Of a DNA stretch of 18,695 nt, positions 7,374 through 18,695 are shown piece after piece (position 1 is the first letter of the stretch; every line of letters begins with the position of its first letter). Position numbers and translations under genes: made by a program. The stretch covers positions 2,320 to 21,014 of the forward strand of contig PSLL01000012.1 of assembly GCA_040289575.1 (NCBI GenBank). The letters run 5' to 3'. Source of the DNA: Candidatus Dadabacteria bacterium. GTDB lineage: Bacteria; Desulfobacterota_D; UBA1144; Nemesobacterales; CSP1-2. The notes below the pieces were generated by a model. The model did not search any database. It worked only from the letters and a program-made list of their open reading frames with translations, and was not told the DNA's origin.

Positions 7374-9203
7374 TTATTCACGTCTACTCTCTTCAGCCAC
7401 GGCGGATTTTTGACCTTGACTATATATAAATTCCGCAAATCTATAAGAGACCTCCTGAAGCTCATTGTAAGCATTTTTAATCTCAATGCAATCTTCTCCG
7501 TTGAGAACATCCTTCATCCTCTCCATCGCCTTCCTGATTCGCTGCCTCGTCTCCGCATCCACCTTATTGCCATAGGCGTCAAGGGTTTTACCAACTGAAT
7601 AAAGAAGACCCTCAGCCTCATTCTTCGCAATTACAACACCCTTCCGCTTTTTATCCTCCTCAGCATATATCTCCCTCTCTTTTATCATCCTTTGAATATC
7701 CTCTTCGCTAAGTCCTCCTGAAGAGAAAATCCGGACCGTCTGCTCTTTTCCGGTGCCTAAGTCTTTCGCCGATACATGGAGTATTCCATCGGAATCAACC
7801 TCAAATGAAACCTCAATCTGAGGCATCCCTTTTGGAGCCGGAGGGATTCCAACAAGGTCGAACCTCGCAAGAGAGATATTGTCAGTTGACATCTCGCGCT
7901 CGCCCTGAAGAACATGAACGCTCACATAGCTCTGGTTATCAAAAGCCGTAGTAAAAATCCTACTCCTTTTTGTAGGGATTGTAGTATTTCTCTCTATTAT
8001 CTTTGTAAACAAACCACCTTTGGTTTCAACACCCAGGGAGAGCGGAACAACATCGAGAAGAAGAATCTCTTTAATCTTGCCTTCAAGAACTCCGCTTTGA
8101 ATCGCGGCGCCGATTGCAACGACTTCATCAGGATTAATCTTCTTCTGAGACTCCCTCTCGAAAATGGTTTTAACCTTCTCCTGAACCTTGGGCATTCTTG
8201 TCATCCCGCCGACAAGAAGCACCTCGTCTATATCAGGGGGTTTGAGTTTGGCATCCTGATAACAAGGCCCTCCGAGCCTATCAATTAGGTCAGAAACCAG
8301 TTGTTCAAACCTTGCCCTTGTCACCTTAACGTTCAGATGCTTTGGTCCACCGGCATCCACCGCAATGAATGGAAGATTTATAGTTGTCTCAAAAAGGGAA
8401 GATAGTTCATGCTTTGCCTTTTCGGAAGCCTCTCGGATCCTCTGAAGCGCCATTCGATCAAGCCTCAGATCAATCCCATGCTGCTTTCTGAATTCTTCAA
8501 TTACCAACTCAACCAATCTCTGGTCAAAATCCTCTCCGCCTAAGAACGTATCTCCGCTTGTTGATTTAACCTCAAATACCCCATTTGCCATCTCAAGTAT
8601 CGTTACATCAAATGTCCCCCCACCGAGGTCAACCACTGCTACCTTGGCATTGTCCTTTTTATCGAGTCCGTAGGCAAGGGCTGCTGCCGTAGGCTCATTT
8701 ATTATACGCCTTACATTAAATCCGGCTATCCTTCCCGCGTCTTTGGTTGCCTGCCTCTGTCGGTCGTTAAAATACGCCGGTACGGTTATGACGGCTTCGC
8801 TTACCTCATAGCCCAGATACTCCTCGGCAATTCGTTTCATCTTTGCAAGTATTATTGCCGAGATTTCCTGAGGACTGTATTCGCTTCCATTTATCTCAAC
8901 CCACGCATCTCCGGATGGACCAGAGATAATATTGTATGAAACCAGTTCCTTTGCTTTTTGCACCTCTTCTGAATCGTACCGCCTGCCTATGAGCCTTTTT
9001 ACAGCATAAATCGTATTTAGGGGGTTTACCACAGCCTGCCTTTTTGCGACAGCACCTACAAATCTACCGGAGTCCTCGGTAAAAGCCACAACAGAAGGAG
9101 TGATCCTACTCCCTTCCTCATTTGGGATTACTATAGGCTCCCCACTATCAATCACCGCTACACATGAGTTAGTTGTGCCAAGATCAATCCCAACTATTGC
9201 CAT
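7374..9203 (-). CDS. dnaK: Chaperone DnaK (Hsp70)
   Basis: [78 protein letters not shown]. Confidence 0.97.
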   Translation of the reverse strand: MAIVGIDLGTTNSCVAVIDSGEPIVIPNEEGSRITPSVVAFTEDSGRFVGAVAKRQAVVNPLNTIYAVKRLIGRRYDSEEVQKAKELVSYNIISGPSGDAWVEINGSEYSPQEISAIILAKMKRIAEEYLGYEVSEAVITVPAYFNDRQRQATKDAGRIAGFNVRRIINEPTAAALAYGLDKKDNAKVAVVDLGGGTFDVTILEMANGVFEVKSTSGDTFLGGEDFDQRLVELVIEEFRKQHGIDLRLDRMALQRIREASEKAKHELSSLFETTINLPFIAVDAGGPKHLNVKVTRARFEQLVSDLIDRLGGPCYQDAKLKPPDIDEVLLVGGMTRMPKVQEKVKTIFERESQKKINPDEVVAIGAAIQSGVLEGKIKEILLLDVVPLSLGVETKGGLFTKIIERNTTIPTKRSRIFTTAFDNQSYVSVHVLQGEREMSTDNISLARFDLVGIPPAPKGMPQIEVSFEVDSDGILHVSAKDLGTGKEQTVRIFSSGGLSEEDIQRMIKEREIYAEEDKKRKGVVIAKNEAEGLLYSVGKTLDAYGNKVDAETRQRIRKAMERMKDVLNGEDCIEIKNAYNELQEVSYRFAEFIYSQGQKSAVAEESRRE

Positions 9204-9215
9204 TTTATCCCTCTG

Positions 9216-9878
9216 CTAATTATTTTCTGATTCTTCATCAACTAAATCTAGAATTTCCTCCGAACCGGAGTTACCCTTTTCATACCTATCTGATCCAACC
9301 GTATACTCATCCCTTCCTTTTGATACCACCACAAGTGAAGGCCTCAGGAGCCGATCCCTTAGCATGTAGCCCCTTAACATCTCGGATATAATCAATCCCG
9401 GTGCCATTTCATTAGACTCTATGTGTTCTATAGCCTGATGGAGTTTTGGATCAAACTTTTCTCCACGACTGGCGCTTATGGGTTTTACCCTGAACTTCTC
9501 AAGAGCACCGAGAAACTGCTTATGTACCAGCCTTATTCCCTCAATAATCGGCCCTACCTCTTCGGCAGATTCTGAGTGTTCAAGCGCCCGCTCTAGGTTG
9601 TCAAGCACAGGGAGAAGCTCCTTTATAAGCTCCTCATTCCCATAAATCGCAATGTCGGCCTTTTCTTTTGCCATCCTCTTTCTATAATTATCAAAGTCGG
9701 CAACTACCATAAGGTACTTATTATACAGATCATCATACTCCTTGTTTTTTGATTCAATCTCATCCTGAAGGACTTTTAACTCTGAAGATTGGTTTTCTTG
9801 AGATGGAATTTCTTCCTCTCGATTGCTATCATCATTTTCTAGAGAAATCTCTTTCCTTTCTTGATCCTTATCACTCAT
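9216..9878 (-). CDS. grpE: Nucleotide exchange factor GrpE
   Basis: ADFDNYRKR, LLPVLDNLERAL, FDPKLHQAI, GYMLRDRLLRPSLVVV. Lies between hrcA and dnaK. Confidence 0.96.
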   Translation of the reverse strand: MSDKDQERKEISLENDDSNREEEIPSQENQSSELKVLQDEIESKNKEYDDLYNKYLMVVADFDNYRKRMAKEKADIAIYGNEELIKELLPVLDNLERALEHSESAEEVGPIIEGIRLVHKQFLGALEKFRVKPISASRGEKFDPKLHQAIEHIESNEMAPGLIISEMLRGYMLRDRLLRPSLVVVSKGRDEYTVGSDRYEKGNSGSEEILDLVDEESENN

Positions 9879-9880
9879 TC

Positions 9881-10915
9881 TTACTGCTCTCCCTCACTAA
9901 CGATTTTGCTCACAAACCTAGCAGTATAATCAACAAGCGAAATTATACGAGAATAATCCATTCTAATGGGACCTAAGACACCTAAGGTTCCGAGCTTTTT
10001 CCCACTGCCATAAGGAGCGGCAACTAGGCTGTAGCCTTCCGTTATACCATTCTCAGAGCCTACAAACACACCCGTACCCTCTTTTTTCATGGCCTTATCC
10101 AGGATGTTCACAAGAAAGCTTTTCTCTTCAAATGCCCTAAAGAGTTCTCTCAGGCGTTCCGGCGAAGTCCGCTCGGAATTCTCTAGTATAGAGGTCTGCC
10201 CTTTTATATATATATTCGACTGAATTCTCTGTTCAAATATCCTTCTACTGAACCTAATAACACTCTGAATTAGTTCATCGTAGAGACGTTTATCAAACTT
10301 TAAGTCACTAACTACGAGAGCCTTTACCTCATCAAGCGTAAGCCCAACGGCAAGCTCGCTCAAATAACGACTCATTCTCTGAAGCGCATCCTTAGAGATT
10401 TCCCTCTCAATCCTTATAAGTGTTTTCTCCATCATCCCCCCTTCAAATACAATAACGACAAGAACCTTTTTATCCCCAAGTTTTACTAGTTCAGCAGATT
10501 TAATCTTCATAAATCTCGCGCTCGGAAGGGTCGCCAAGCCGGTGCAGTGAGAAATATCTGATAGCATCCTACTTGTCTCCTGTATAACCTCATCAAGGGT
10601 CCCTTCGGTTTGCTCATAACGTTTTCTTATAAGTACCCTTTTTTCTTGAGAAAGCCGACGCGGATAGAGTAAGAAATCTACATAGAACCTAATCCCTTTC
10701 TCAGTGGGAACCCTACCCGCAGACAAATGAGGCTGGGTAAGATACCCTTGATCCATGAGTTCAGCCATAGTACCCCTTACAGTGGCAGGACTCCATGGCA
10801 GGTCATAGCTCTCGACAAGCGCATAAGACCCTACCGGCTCCTCTGTCTTTATATAGTGGTCTATAACCAACCTAAGAATCTGCTTTCCTCTTTCTGAGAA
10901 CTTGACTTTGTCCAT
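9881..10915 (-). CDS. hrcA: Heat-inducible transcription repressor HrcA
   Basis: YIKTEEPVGS, SPATVRGTMAEL...GYLTQPHLSAGRVPTEKGIRFYVD, GTLGVLGPIRMDYSRII. Confidence 0.95.
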   Translation of the reverse strand: MDKVKFSERGKQILRLVIDHYIKTEEPVGSYALVESYDLPWSPATVRGTMAELMDQGYLTQPHLSAGRVPTEKGIRFYVDFLLYPRRLSQEKRVLIRKRYEQTEGTLDEVIQETSRMLSDISHCTGLATLPSARFMKIKSAELVKLGDKKVLVVIVFEGGMMEKTLIRIEREISKDALQRMSRYLSELAVGLTLDEVKALVVSDLKFDKRLYDELIQSVIRFSRRIFEQRIQSNIYIKGQTSILENSERTSPERLRELFRAFEEKSFLVNILDKAMKKEGTGVFVGSENGITEGYSLVAAPYGSGKKLGTLGVLGPIRMDYSRIISLVDYTARFVSKIVSEGEQ

Positions 10916-10936
10916 ACTTAGCTTTTATCTACAGAA

Positions 10937-10965
10937 AATATAATAATCACCGAATGAATTGTCAA
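10937..10965 (-). promoter_or_regulatory. Sigma70-type promoter of hrcA-grpE-dnaK-dnaJ
   Basis: On the minus strand: TTGACA (10965-10960), 17-nt spacer, TATATT (10942-10937), 21 nt before the hrcA ATG. Confidence 0.7.
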
Positions 10966-11027
10966 CGCAGAGCTTTTTGCATAACCAACATCCTTTTTGA
11001 AAAATTCAATCTACTATGTAACCTTAT

Positions 11028-11620
11028 GTGCCCACAAACCGTCAAATAGCGATAATGAATATTGAACGCACCGTTCTAATAGTCCTTATTCTAGTCCTAG
11101 TCGGATTGATTCTCGAAACGACAAAATGGTGGATAAAGATTCTACTTCGGGACTTATGGCTCTGGTTATCACCGCTTCTCCCCACTACTTCTTATAAGAA
11201 AACCCATAAAGAGTCTTTCAGAAATGATGATAATAGGAAAAAGCCATTTAAATAACATAGGTGATTGACTTATTCCCATTTTCTTCAAAGCCAGGCAGTC
11301 ACATTGATTATGCTAAATACCATAATGTCGGCGACTGGGACCTAAGATTGAACACTGTTGATATCCACAACACGAGTTTGCGGGTTTATCTGTATTGCCT
11401 ACAGCACATATATGAATCCGATTATGATAGTAATTGGATTCATATACAAACACCAGTTCTAATCATCCATGGAAAGAATGATAGTGTCATCCCTATAGAG
11501 AACGCCGTAATAATGGCTTAGAGAATACCAGACTTATCCTAATGAATAATGCCAACTATCTCTTTATAATTAATAATAATATTGCTGAAGCATCAGAAGC
11601 CATTGGAATTTTATTTCGCA
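11028..11620 (+). pseudogene. Degraded alpha/beta-hydrolase remnant; 5' boundary uncertain
   Basis: IQTPVLIIHGKNDSVIPIENAVIMA*RIP is the acid-residue motif, followed by TAG at 11519-11521. After a frameshift it reads ILMNNANYLFII...AEASEAI, with Tyr at the expected catalytic-His position. The upstream part is fragmented and shows no GxSxG. Confidence 0.6.
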
Positions 11621-11755
11621 ATTATAACCCGACATACCCACTAAGGGATAAACCTTCACCTTCATCTATTTTAGTAAACTGAAACATGATAATACCGGTT
11701 TAAGGATTTATATAAGCAGGTTGTAGATAAATCATAAGTACTTGCTATTGCTGTG

Positions 11756-11840
11756 TGCCGAAGGCGGGAGTCGAACCCGCACGCCCTTACGGGCACTGCC
11801 CCCTCAAGACAGCGCGTCTGCCAAATTCCGCCACTTCGGC
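11756..11840 (-). tRNA. tRNA-Leu(GAG), 85 nt, CCA not encoded
   Basis: Reverse complement reads GCCGAAG-TGGCGGAATTTGGCAGACGCG-CTGTC TTGAGGG GGCAG-long variable arm TGCCCGTAAGGGCGT-GCGGG TTCGACT CCCGC-CTTCGGC-A. Confidence 0.96.
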
Positions 11841-11855
11841 ATCTGTATTTCAGAT

Positions 11856-11884
11856 TAAATTAGCACACAGTTTTTAAAAAGCAA
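11856..11884 (-). promoter_or_regulatory. Probable promoter of tRNA-Leu
   Basis: On the minus strand: TTGCTT, 17-nt spacer, TAATTT preceded by TG (extended -10), about 15 nt upstream of the tRNA 5' end. Confidence 0.45.
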
Positions 11885-11923
11885 GAAAGCAATTAAACAA
11901 TTAACTAAGAGCCGTTTCCACCA

Positions 11924-13147
11924 CTATGCTCCAAATTTATTGAGCCTTCTTGAATGAGAAAGTATTAATGTCATTACATCCGTTGCCCTAAATATTCCGA
12001 GTTCGCCTTTCAAGCATTCCTTTTCAGAAAACCCCAAACTCCCGCCGCCACGTGTGTAAGAGGAATAGAGTAAAAACGGCACAGGATGCCAGCTATGCGC
12101 CTTCATAATGGCAGGCGTAGAATGGTCGCCTGTAACAACCAAAACATCCGGATTCAGGCTCAATATCTCAGGGATAAAGCTATCAAATTCCTCTATTACC
12201 TTTACCTTGCCCCAGTAGTTTCCATCCTCACCGTAGCTATCCGTTTTTTTTACGTGGAAATAGAAGAAATCAAATTCCTTAAAATGCCTCCTAAGCGTCT
12301 CGACCTCACTTTTAGTAGAGGTATCGGCCACCTCTAAAAGCTCCATTCCAACGAGCTTTGCCACACCTCTATACATAGGATATGCAGCGGTAGTAGCGGC
12401 CTTAAGCCCATAAGCCTCAGAGAAGGAAGGAAGATTGGGATAAAGAGAAAAACCTCTAAGAAGCAGATAGTTAGCAGCCTTCTCGTCTCTTATAATTTCG
12501 GCGGCGAGGTCTATAAATTTTTCAGCTACTTTGGCTACTGCCTCAGCCTCTCTTCTCCTCGGGGTAGGCCTAAGAGGACTCTTTCCCTCCTTTTGAGGGT
12601 CTGTATCTGAAATATCATCCGCGCCGACCGGAAGAGGCTCAGGAAAGGTAAGTACAAGGGCGAATCGGTGCTCCATTCCAGATGCAATTGAAACCTTAAC
12701 TCCATCTATGGTATTAATCCTTTCCCTAATCCTTGAGGCCATTCTCCTGTTCTCTTCCGTTGGTATCCGCCCTCCCCTCCGGTCTATAATGACAGGCCTT
12801 GCGCCATCGTATTTTACAGTTGCGAAGTTCCCCCGTATCGCCACGTCCCTTGGAGTGAGTTCAATTCCCAACCCAAGCGCCTCAAGAACGCCGCGACCGA
12901 TCTCATATTTAAGCGGGTCATATCCAAATAACCCCAGATGAGAAGGCCCGCTTCCGGGTGTGATTCCGCGTGCCACAGGGATATGGAGTCCGCACGCACC
13001 AACCCTTGCAAGCCCATCCAAATTGGGGGTTGAGGCCGCTTCAAGCTCTGTTCTTCCTTCAAAAGGAAGCCCCCCGAGTCCGTCTAAGACACAGAGAACG
13101 ATCTTCGATTCGCCCGGCTGAATTAACTCACGAATTACTTCCTGCAT
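11924..13147 (-). CDS. apgM: 2,3-bisphosphoglycerate-independent phosphoglycerate mutase (ApgM type)
   Basis: VLDGLGG, TELEAASTPNLD, TPGSGPSHLGLFGYDP, GRGVLEALG, RGNFAT, DRRGGRI, FHVKKTDSYGEDG, VTGDHSTP, HSWHPVP. Confidence 0.92.
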   Translation of the reverse strand: MQEVIRELIQPGESKIVLCVLDGLGGLPFEGRTELEAASTPNLDGLARVGACGLHIPVARGITPGSGPSHLGLFGYDPLKYEIGRGVLEALGLGIELTPRDVAIRGNFATVKYDGARPVIIDRRGGRIPTEENRRMASRIRERINTIDGVKVSIASGMEHRFALVLTFPEPLPVGADDISDTDPQKEGKSPLRPTPRRREAEAVAKVAEKFIDLAAEIIRDEKAANYLLLRGFSLYPNLPSFSEAYGLKAATTAAYPMYRGVAKLVGMELLEVADTSTKSEVETLRRHFKEFDFFYFHVKKTDSYGEDGNYWGKVKVIEEFDSFIPEILSLNPDVLVVTGDHSTPAIMKAHSWHPVPFLLYSSYTRGGGSLGFSEKECLKGELGIFRATDVMTLILSHSRRLNKFGA

Positions 13148-13181
13148 TCTGCAAGCTCCTTTCTGATTTTAGGTTCCGGCT

Positions 13182-13264
13182 TAGCCATGAATTAACACAA
13201 ATGAACACGAACAAATAATTGAAATAAAAATCATTTTCTGATTCATGTTTGCCTGTGTCTAATT
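13182..13264 (-). repeat. Intergenic imperfect-hairpin repeat, copy C (about 10-nt periodic arm, same TTCATGGCTA end)
   Basis: AATTAACACAAATGAACACGAA pairs imperfectly with TTCATGTTTGCCTGTGTCTAATT. On the + strand it begins TAGCCATGAA, like copy A and the reverse complement of copy B. Confidence 0.55.
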
Positions 13265-13285
13265 AACCCTTAAATCGAAGCCCTC

Positions 13286-14053
13286 CTACGGTTCATCAAG
13301 CTCAAACTCCATCCCATCATAAGCAGGCCTAATATATTCAGGAAGCTGCCTTGAAAGCTCTTCGTATTCAAGCTCATGCCCCATATGTGTAAGAACCGCG
13401 AGTTTCGGTCTAATTCTGTTTGTAGCCTCAATAGCCTGGCTGACACTAAAATGCGCAACGTGGGGTGTATATCTCAAGGCATCTATTATGAGAAGGTCAA
13501 GCCCTCTTAATTTGATTATTGACTCCTCGGGAATTCCGCTGCAGTCCGTAAGATAAGCCATCTTCCCGATTCTATATCCGAATATCAGCCACTCCGCATG
13601 ATGGATCTCTATGGGAATTATTCTAATCCCATAAAAATCGAAATCCCCCGTAATGGGGGCTATATCAAGCTGCGGTTTACCGCCCGACGCATAAGAACCA
13701 TCGAATATATACTTAAAATTTGATTTGATATTTGAAACCGTCTGGGGGCTCGCATAACACGGTATAACTGTCTTATTAACGAAATTAAAGGTTCTAAGCT
13801 CGTCTATCCCATGCGTATGGTCAGCATGGGAGTGTGTATAGAGAACCGCATCAATCCTAGTTATGTTATGGGCTAAAGCCTGGAATCTGAGATCTGTGGC
13901 AGTGTCAATCAATATATTCTTTCCATGAGTTTGAATAAAGACCGAGGTTCTCGTTCTCTTATTCTTCGGGTTAGAGGAAATACAGGTTGGGCAACTACAG
14001 CCAATTATTGGAACCCCGGTCGAGGTGCCACATCCAAGGATTATAACCTTCAT
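13286..14053 (-). CDS. PhnP-like MBL-fold metallohydrolase/phosphodiesterase; start at ATG 14053 preferred
   Basis: MKVIILGCGTSTGVPIIGCSCPTC, RTRTS, LIDTATDLRFQ, THSHADHTHGIDELR, AYLTDCS, HFSVSQA, THMGH, AYDGM. Confidence 0.9.
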   Translation of the reverse strand: MKVIILGCGTSTGVPIIGCSCPTCISSNPKNKRTRTSVFIQTHGKNILIDTATDLRFQALAHNITRIDAVLYTHSHADHTHGIDELRTFNFVNKTVIPCYASPQTVSNIKSNFKYIFDGSYASGGKPQLDIAPITGDFDFYGIRIIPIEIHHAEWLIFGYRIGKMAYLTDCSGIPEESIIKLRGLDLLIIDALRYTPHVAHFSVSQAIEATNRIRPKLAVLTHMGHELEYEELSRQLPEYIRPAYDGMEFELDEP

Positions 14054-14132
14054 TTTGCAAAGTTTAGCATTAAGTCCCGGCAATTTCAAAAACGGTCTGT
14101 TTTGTTATAATATGGAAAAACTAAATAGGGAA

Positions 14133-14160
14133 TTTACAAAGCGTAAAAAAACTATATAAT
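14133..14160 (+). promoter_or_regulatory. Candidate sigma70 promoter of the amidase
   Basis: TTTACA (14133-14138), 16-nt spacer, TATAAT (14155-14160). A second extended -10, TGTTATAAT, lies at 14103-14111. Confidence 0.45.
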
Positions 14161-14172
14161 ACTAGTCTCAAG

Positions 14173-15897
14173 GTGAGCATTAAGACCCTTACCTTAACGC
14201 TGCTTGCAGCCACTTTACTCATTCCCTCTTTGCAGCCCCTGATGGCTGTCCAGGGAAAAGACGAAAAACTCTTTCAAGAAGCCCTTAATCTCTACAAAAG
14301 CCTTCAAACAAATCCTACGCAGATAACCAACTATGAAATTTGGGATACTATCGCACAGGCGTTCTACAGTATATATAGAACCTATCCATTAAGCCCCAAG
14401 GCTCCCACTTCACTATTCATTTCAGGAAAGATGTATGAGGAGATGGGCATAAGGTTTAACTCAAGGGAGAACCTTGAGAAATCCATAGAACTCAGCAGGG
14501 AGCTTGTAAAGGTCTTTCCGAATAGCAACCTTGCTGATGATGCGCAGATCAGGATAGCGAGAATCACCGAAGGCTGGGATAAGTCTCAGGCTTATTTGGA
14601 ATATGAAAAGGTTGTTAGGAATTTTCCAAACGGCGATATGGTCGATGCGGCTAAATCTAAATTGAATGAGCTTGCGGCATATAAACCATCTGAGAATAGG
14701 ATTATAGAGAGTATAACCGAAGCTAAAACCCAAAATAACCCAAATGGACTCGCCTCCATAAGCCAGATCGGGCACTGGTCAACAGATACATACACGAGGG
14801 TCGTAATCAATGTTGATAGGGAAACCCTTTTTGAGCCGCATTTTTTAAAGGCCGGTATTGTAGAAGCAACACCGCCAAGACTTTACGTGGACATAAAGGG
14901 CGCCACTGTTAATCCCGATCTCGAGATGCCGCCAATTGAGAAGGGCTTGCTTGAGGATATAAGATTTGCGAGAAATACGCCTGATACCGTAAGAGTCGTC
15001 CTCTATATAAGGAGCTTCAATGATTATAAGGTATTTTCTCTCCACAACCCCTTTAGAATCGTAATGGACATATATGGCAATGAGAAGAATAACGTTGCCT
15101 CTAAACCGAAAGGCCCTGCGGAGGACAAAACCCTGGCGGGCCTTCCAAAGCTGGACGGCAAGGATATTTCAACTCTGAGAGGGGCTTTGGGACTCAAGGT
15201 TAGAACCGTTGTAATAGACCCCGGACACGGAGGACACGACCCAGGAGCTATAGGACCAACTGGACTTAAAGAAAAGGACGTTACGCTTGCAATTGCCAAG
15301 GCTCTGAAGAGCAAATTAGAGCAATCTGGGAGAGAATTCGGAATTTCGCGTGTCATTCTTACCAGAGAGGATGACAGATTCATACCGCTTGAAGAGAGAA
15401 CCGGTATAGCAAAAAGGGAACATGCCGATCTTTTTATATCAATCCACTGCAATGCGGCTAAAGACAGCGATGCACACGGTATTGAGACCTATATACTGAG
15501 CTTCACAAATGATCCCGAAGCGCTTGCCGTCGCCGCCCGTGAAAACGTCAGCACAACAAAAGGGATTAGCGATCTAAGAGATATAATAAAAAAATACCTC
15601 CTTAATTCGAAGATTGATGAATCAAAACGCCTCGCCGCCTATGTTCAGACCTCGGTTACAACTAACCTCTCTAGGAAATATCAAACCGCAGTAGATAAGG
15701 GCGTAAAGAAGGCACCTTTTATCGTCCTCATTGGCGCCGATATACCCAGCATTCTTGTAGAAACATCATTTATAACCAACCCGCGTGAGGAGGAGAAACT
15801 GAGGAATCCGAACTATATAAATGAAATCGCCGATGGGATATTAAGAGGTATAAAGAGCTACTCTACCGAGGTAGAGACTGCATCCGTAGAAAGGTAA
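14173..15897 (+). CDS. N-acetylmuramoyl-L-alanine amidase (signal peptide, TPR-like region, AMIN, Amidase_3; AmiC-like)
   Basis: Signal peptide; TPR-like YPLSPKAP/FPNSNLADDA/FPNGDM; AMIN-type YTRVVI, PPRLYVD, NPFRIVMDI; catalytic VIDPGHGGHDPGA, EKDVTL, LTREDD, FISIHCNA, SILVETSFITN. Confidence 0.93.
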   Translation: MSIKTLTLTLLAATLLIPSLQPLMAVQGKDEKLFQEALNLYKSLQTNPTQITNYEIWDTIAQAFYSIYRTYPLSPKAPTSLFISGKMYEEMGIRFNSRENLEKSIELSRELVKVFPNSNLADDAQIRIARITEGWDKSQAYLEYEKVVRNFPNGDMVDAAKSKLNELAAYKPSENRIIESITEAKTQNNPNGLASISQIGHWSTDTYTRVVINVDRETLFEPHFLKAGIVEATPPRLYVDIKGATVNPDLEMPPIEKGLLEDIRFARNTPDTVRVVLYIRSFNDYKVFSLHNPFRIVMDIYGNEKNNVASKPKGPAEDKTLAGLPKLDGKDISTLRGALGLKVRTVVIDPGHGGHDPGAIGPTGLKEKDVTLAIAKALKSKLEQSGREFGISRVILTREDDRFIPLEERTGIAKREHADLFISIHCNAAKDSDAHGIETYILSFTNDPEALAVAARENVSTTKGISDLRDIIKKYLLNSKIDESKRLAAYVQTSVTTNLSRKYQTAVDKGVKKAPFIVLIGADIPSILVETSFITNPREEEKLRNPNYINEIADGILRGIKSYSTEVETASVER

Positions 15898-16053
15898 AAA
15901 CCTCGGTTTTTGTGTATAAACTATAGTCATTGATGGCTACACCCCAAATCCCATTCATACCGTGCCTATCGGTAGAGAACCACCTCACATGCTCGCCATG
16001 CCCGACTAACTGAAAATTGATACTAAAACCGTATAAAATGTTAGTTAAACGCC

Positions 16054-18695
<2,642 letters not shown>

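Noticed and set aside
11753..11770. Possible att duplication of the tRNA 3' end, and the missing CCA
   Set aside because: I saw only matches of 9 nt or less, inside coding genes (e.g. near 3599). A non-encoded CCA is common in bacteria.
11860..11886. TTAGCACAC resembling a CIRCE left arm
   Set aside because: There is no GAGTGCTAA-like right arm at 9-nt spacing, it lies about 950 bp from hrcA, and it is explained as the tRNA extended -10 region.
15930..15939. TTGATGGCTA, a 9/10 match to the shared repeat end, between the amidase and polX
   Set aside because: No adjacent periodic hairpin; a single 10-mer with a mismatch can arise by chance.

Overview
A bacterial chromosomal segment made mostly of housekeeping genes. 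The lipoprotein, Sec signal peptides and AMIN-type amidase suggest a diderm host (inference). In order: 3' end of an acetolactate synthase; a broken MEDS-HxlR regulator; an unannotated 57-aa ORF; glyoxalase II-like gloB; a 90-aa hypothetical; a frameshifted OB-fold-like lipoprotein; a threonine-synthase-like gene abutting a MoaD/CysO-type sulfur carrier; a PfkB kinase; a secreted SnoaL/NTF2-like gene with a stop at codon 4; the hrcA-grpE-dnaK-dnaJ operon (minus strand); an alpha/beta-hydrolase relic; tRNA-Leu(GAG); apgM; a PhnP-like MBL hydrolase; a TPR-AMIN-amidase; polX-PHP; and the 5' part of ligA. I found no transposase, integrase, CRISPR array or defence system. The most interesting signals are: (i) three intergenic imperfect hairpins built of short periodic repeats, sharing a TTCRTGGCTA end and all oriented with transcription; (ii) the ThrC-like/sulfur-carrier pair with a masked GG-IL terminus; (iii) several genes broken by single lesions; (iv) an hrcA operon with no visible CIRCE. 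All family calls come from motif recognition by eye, not from database searches.
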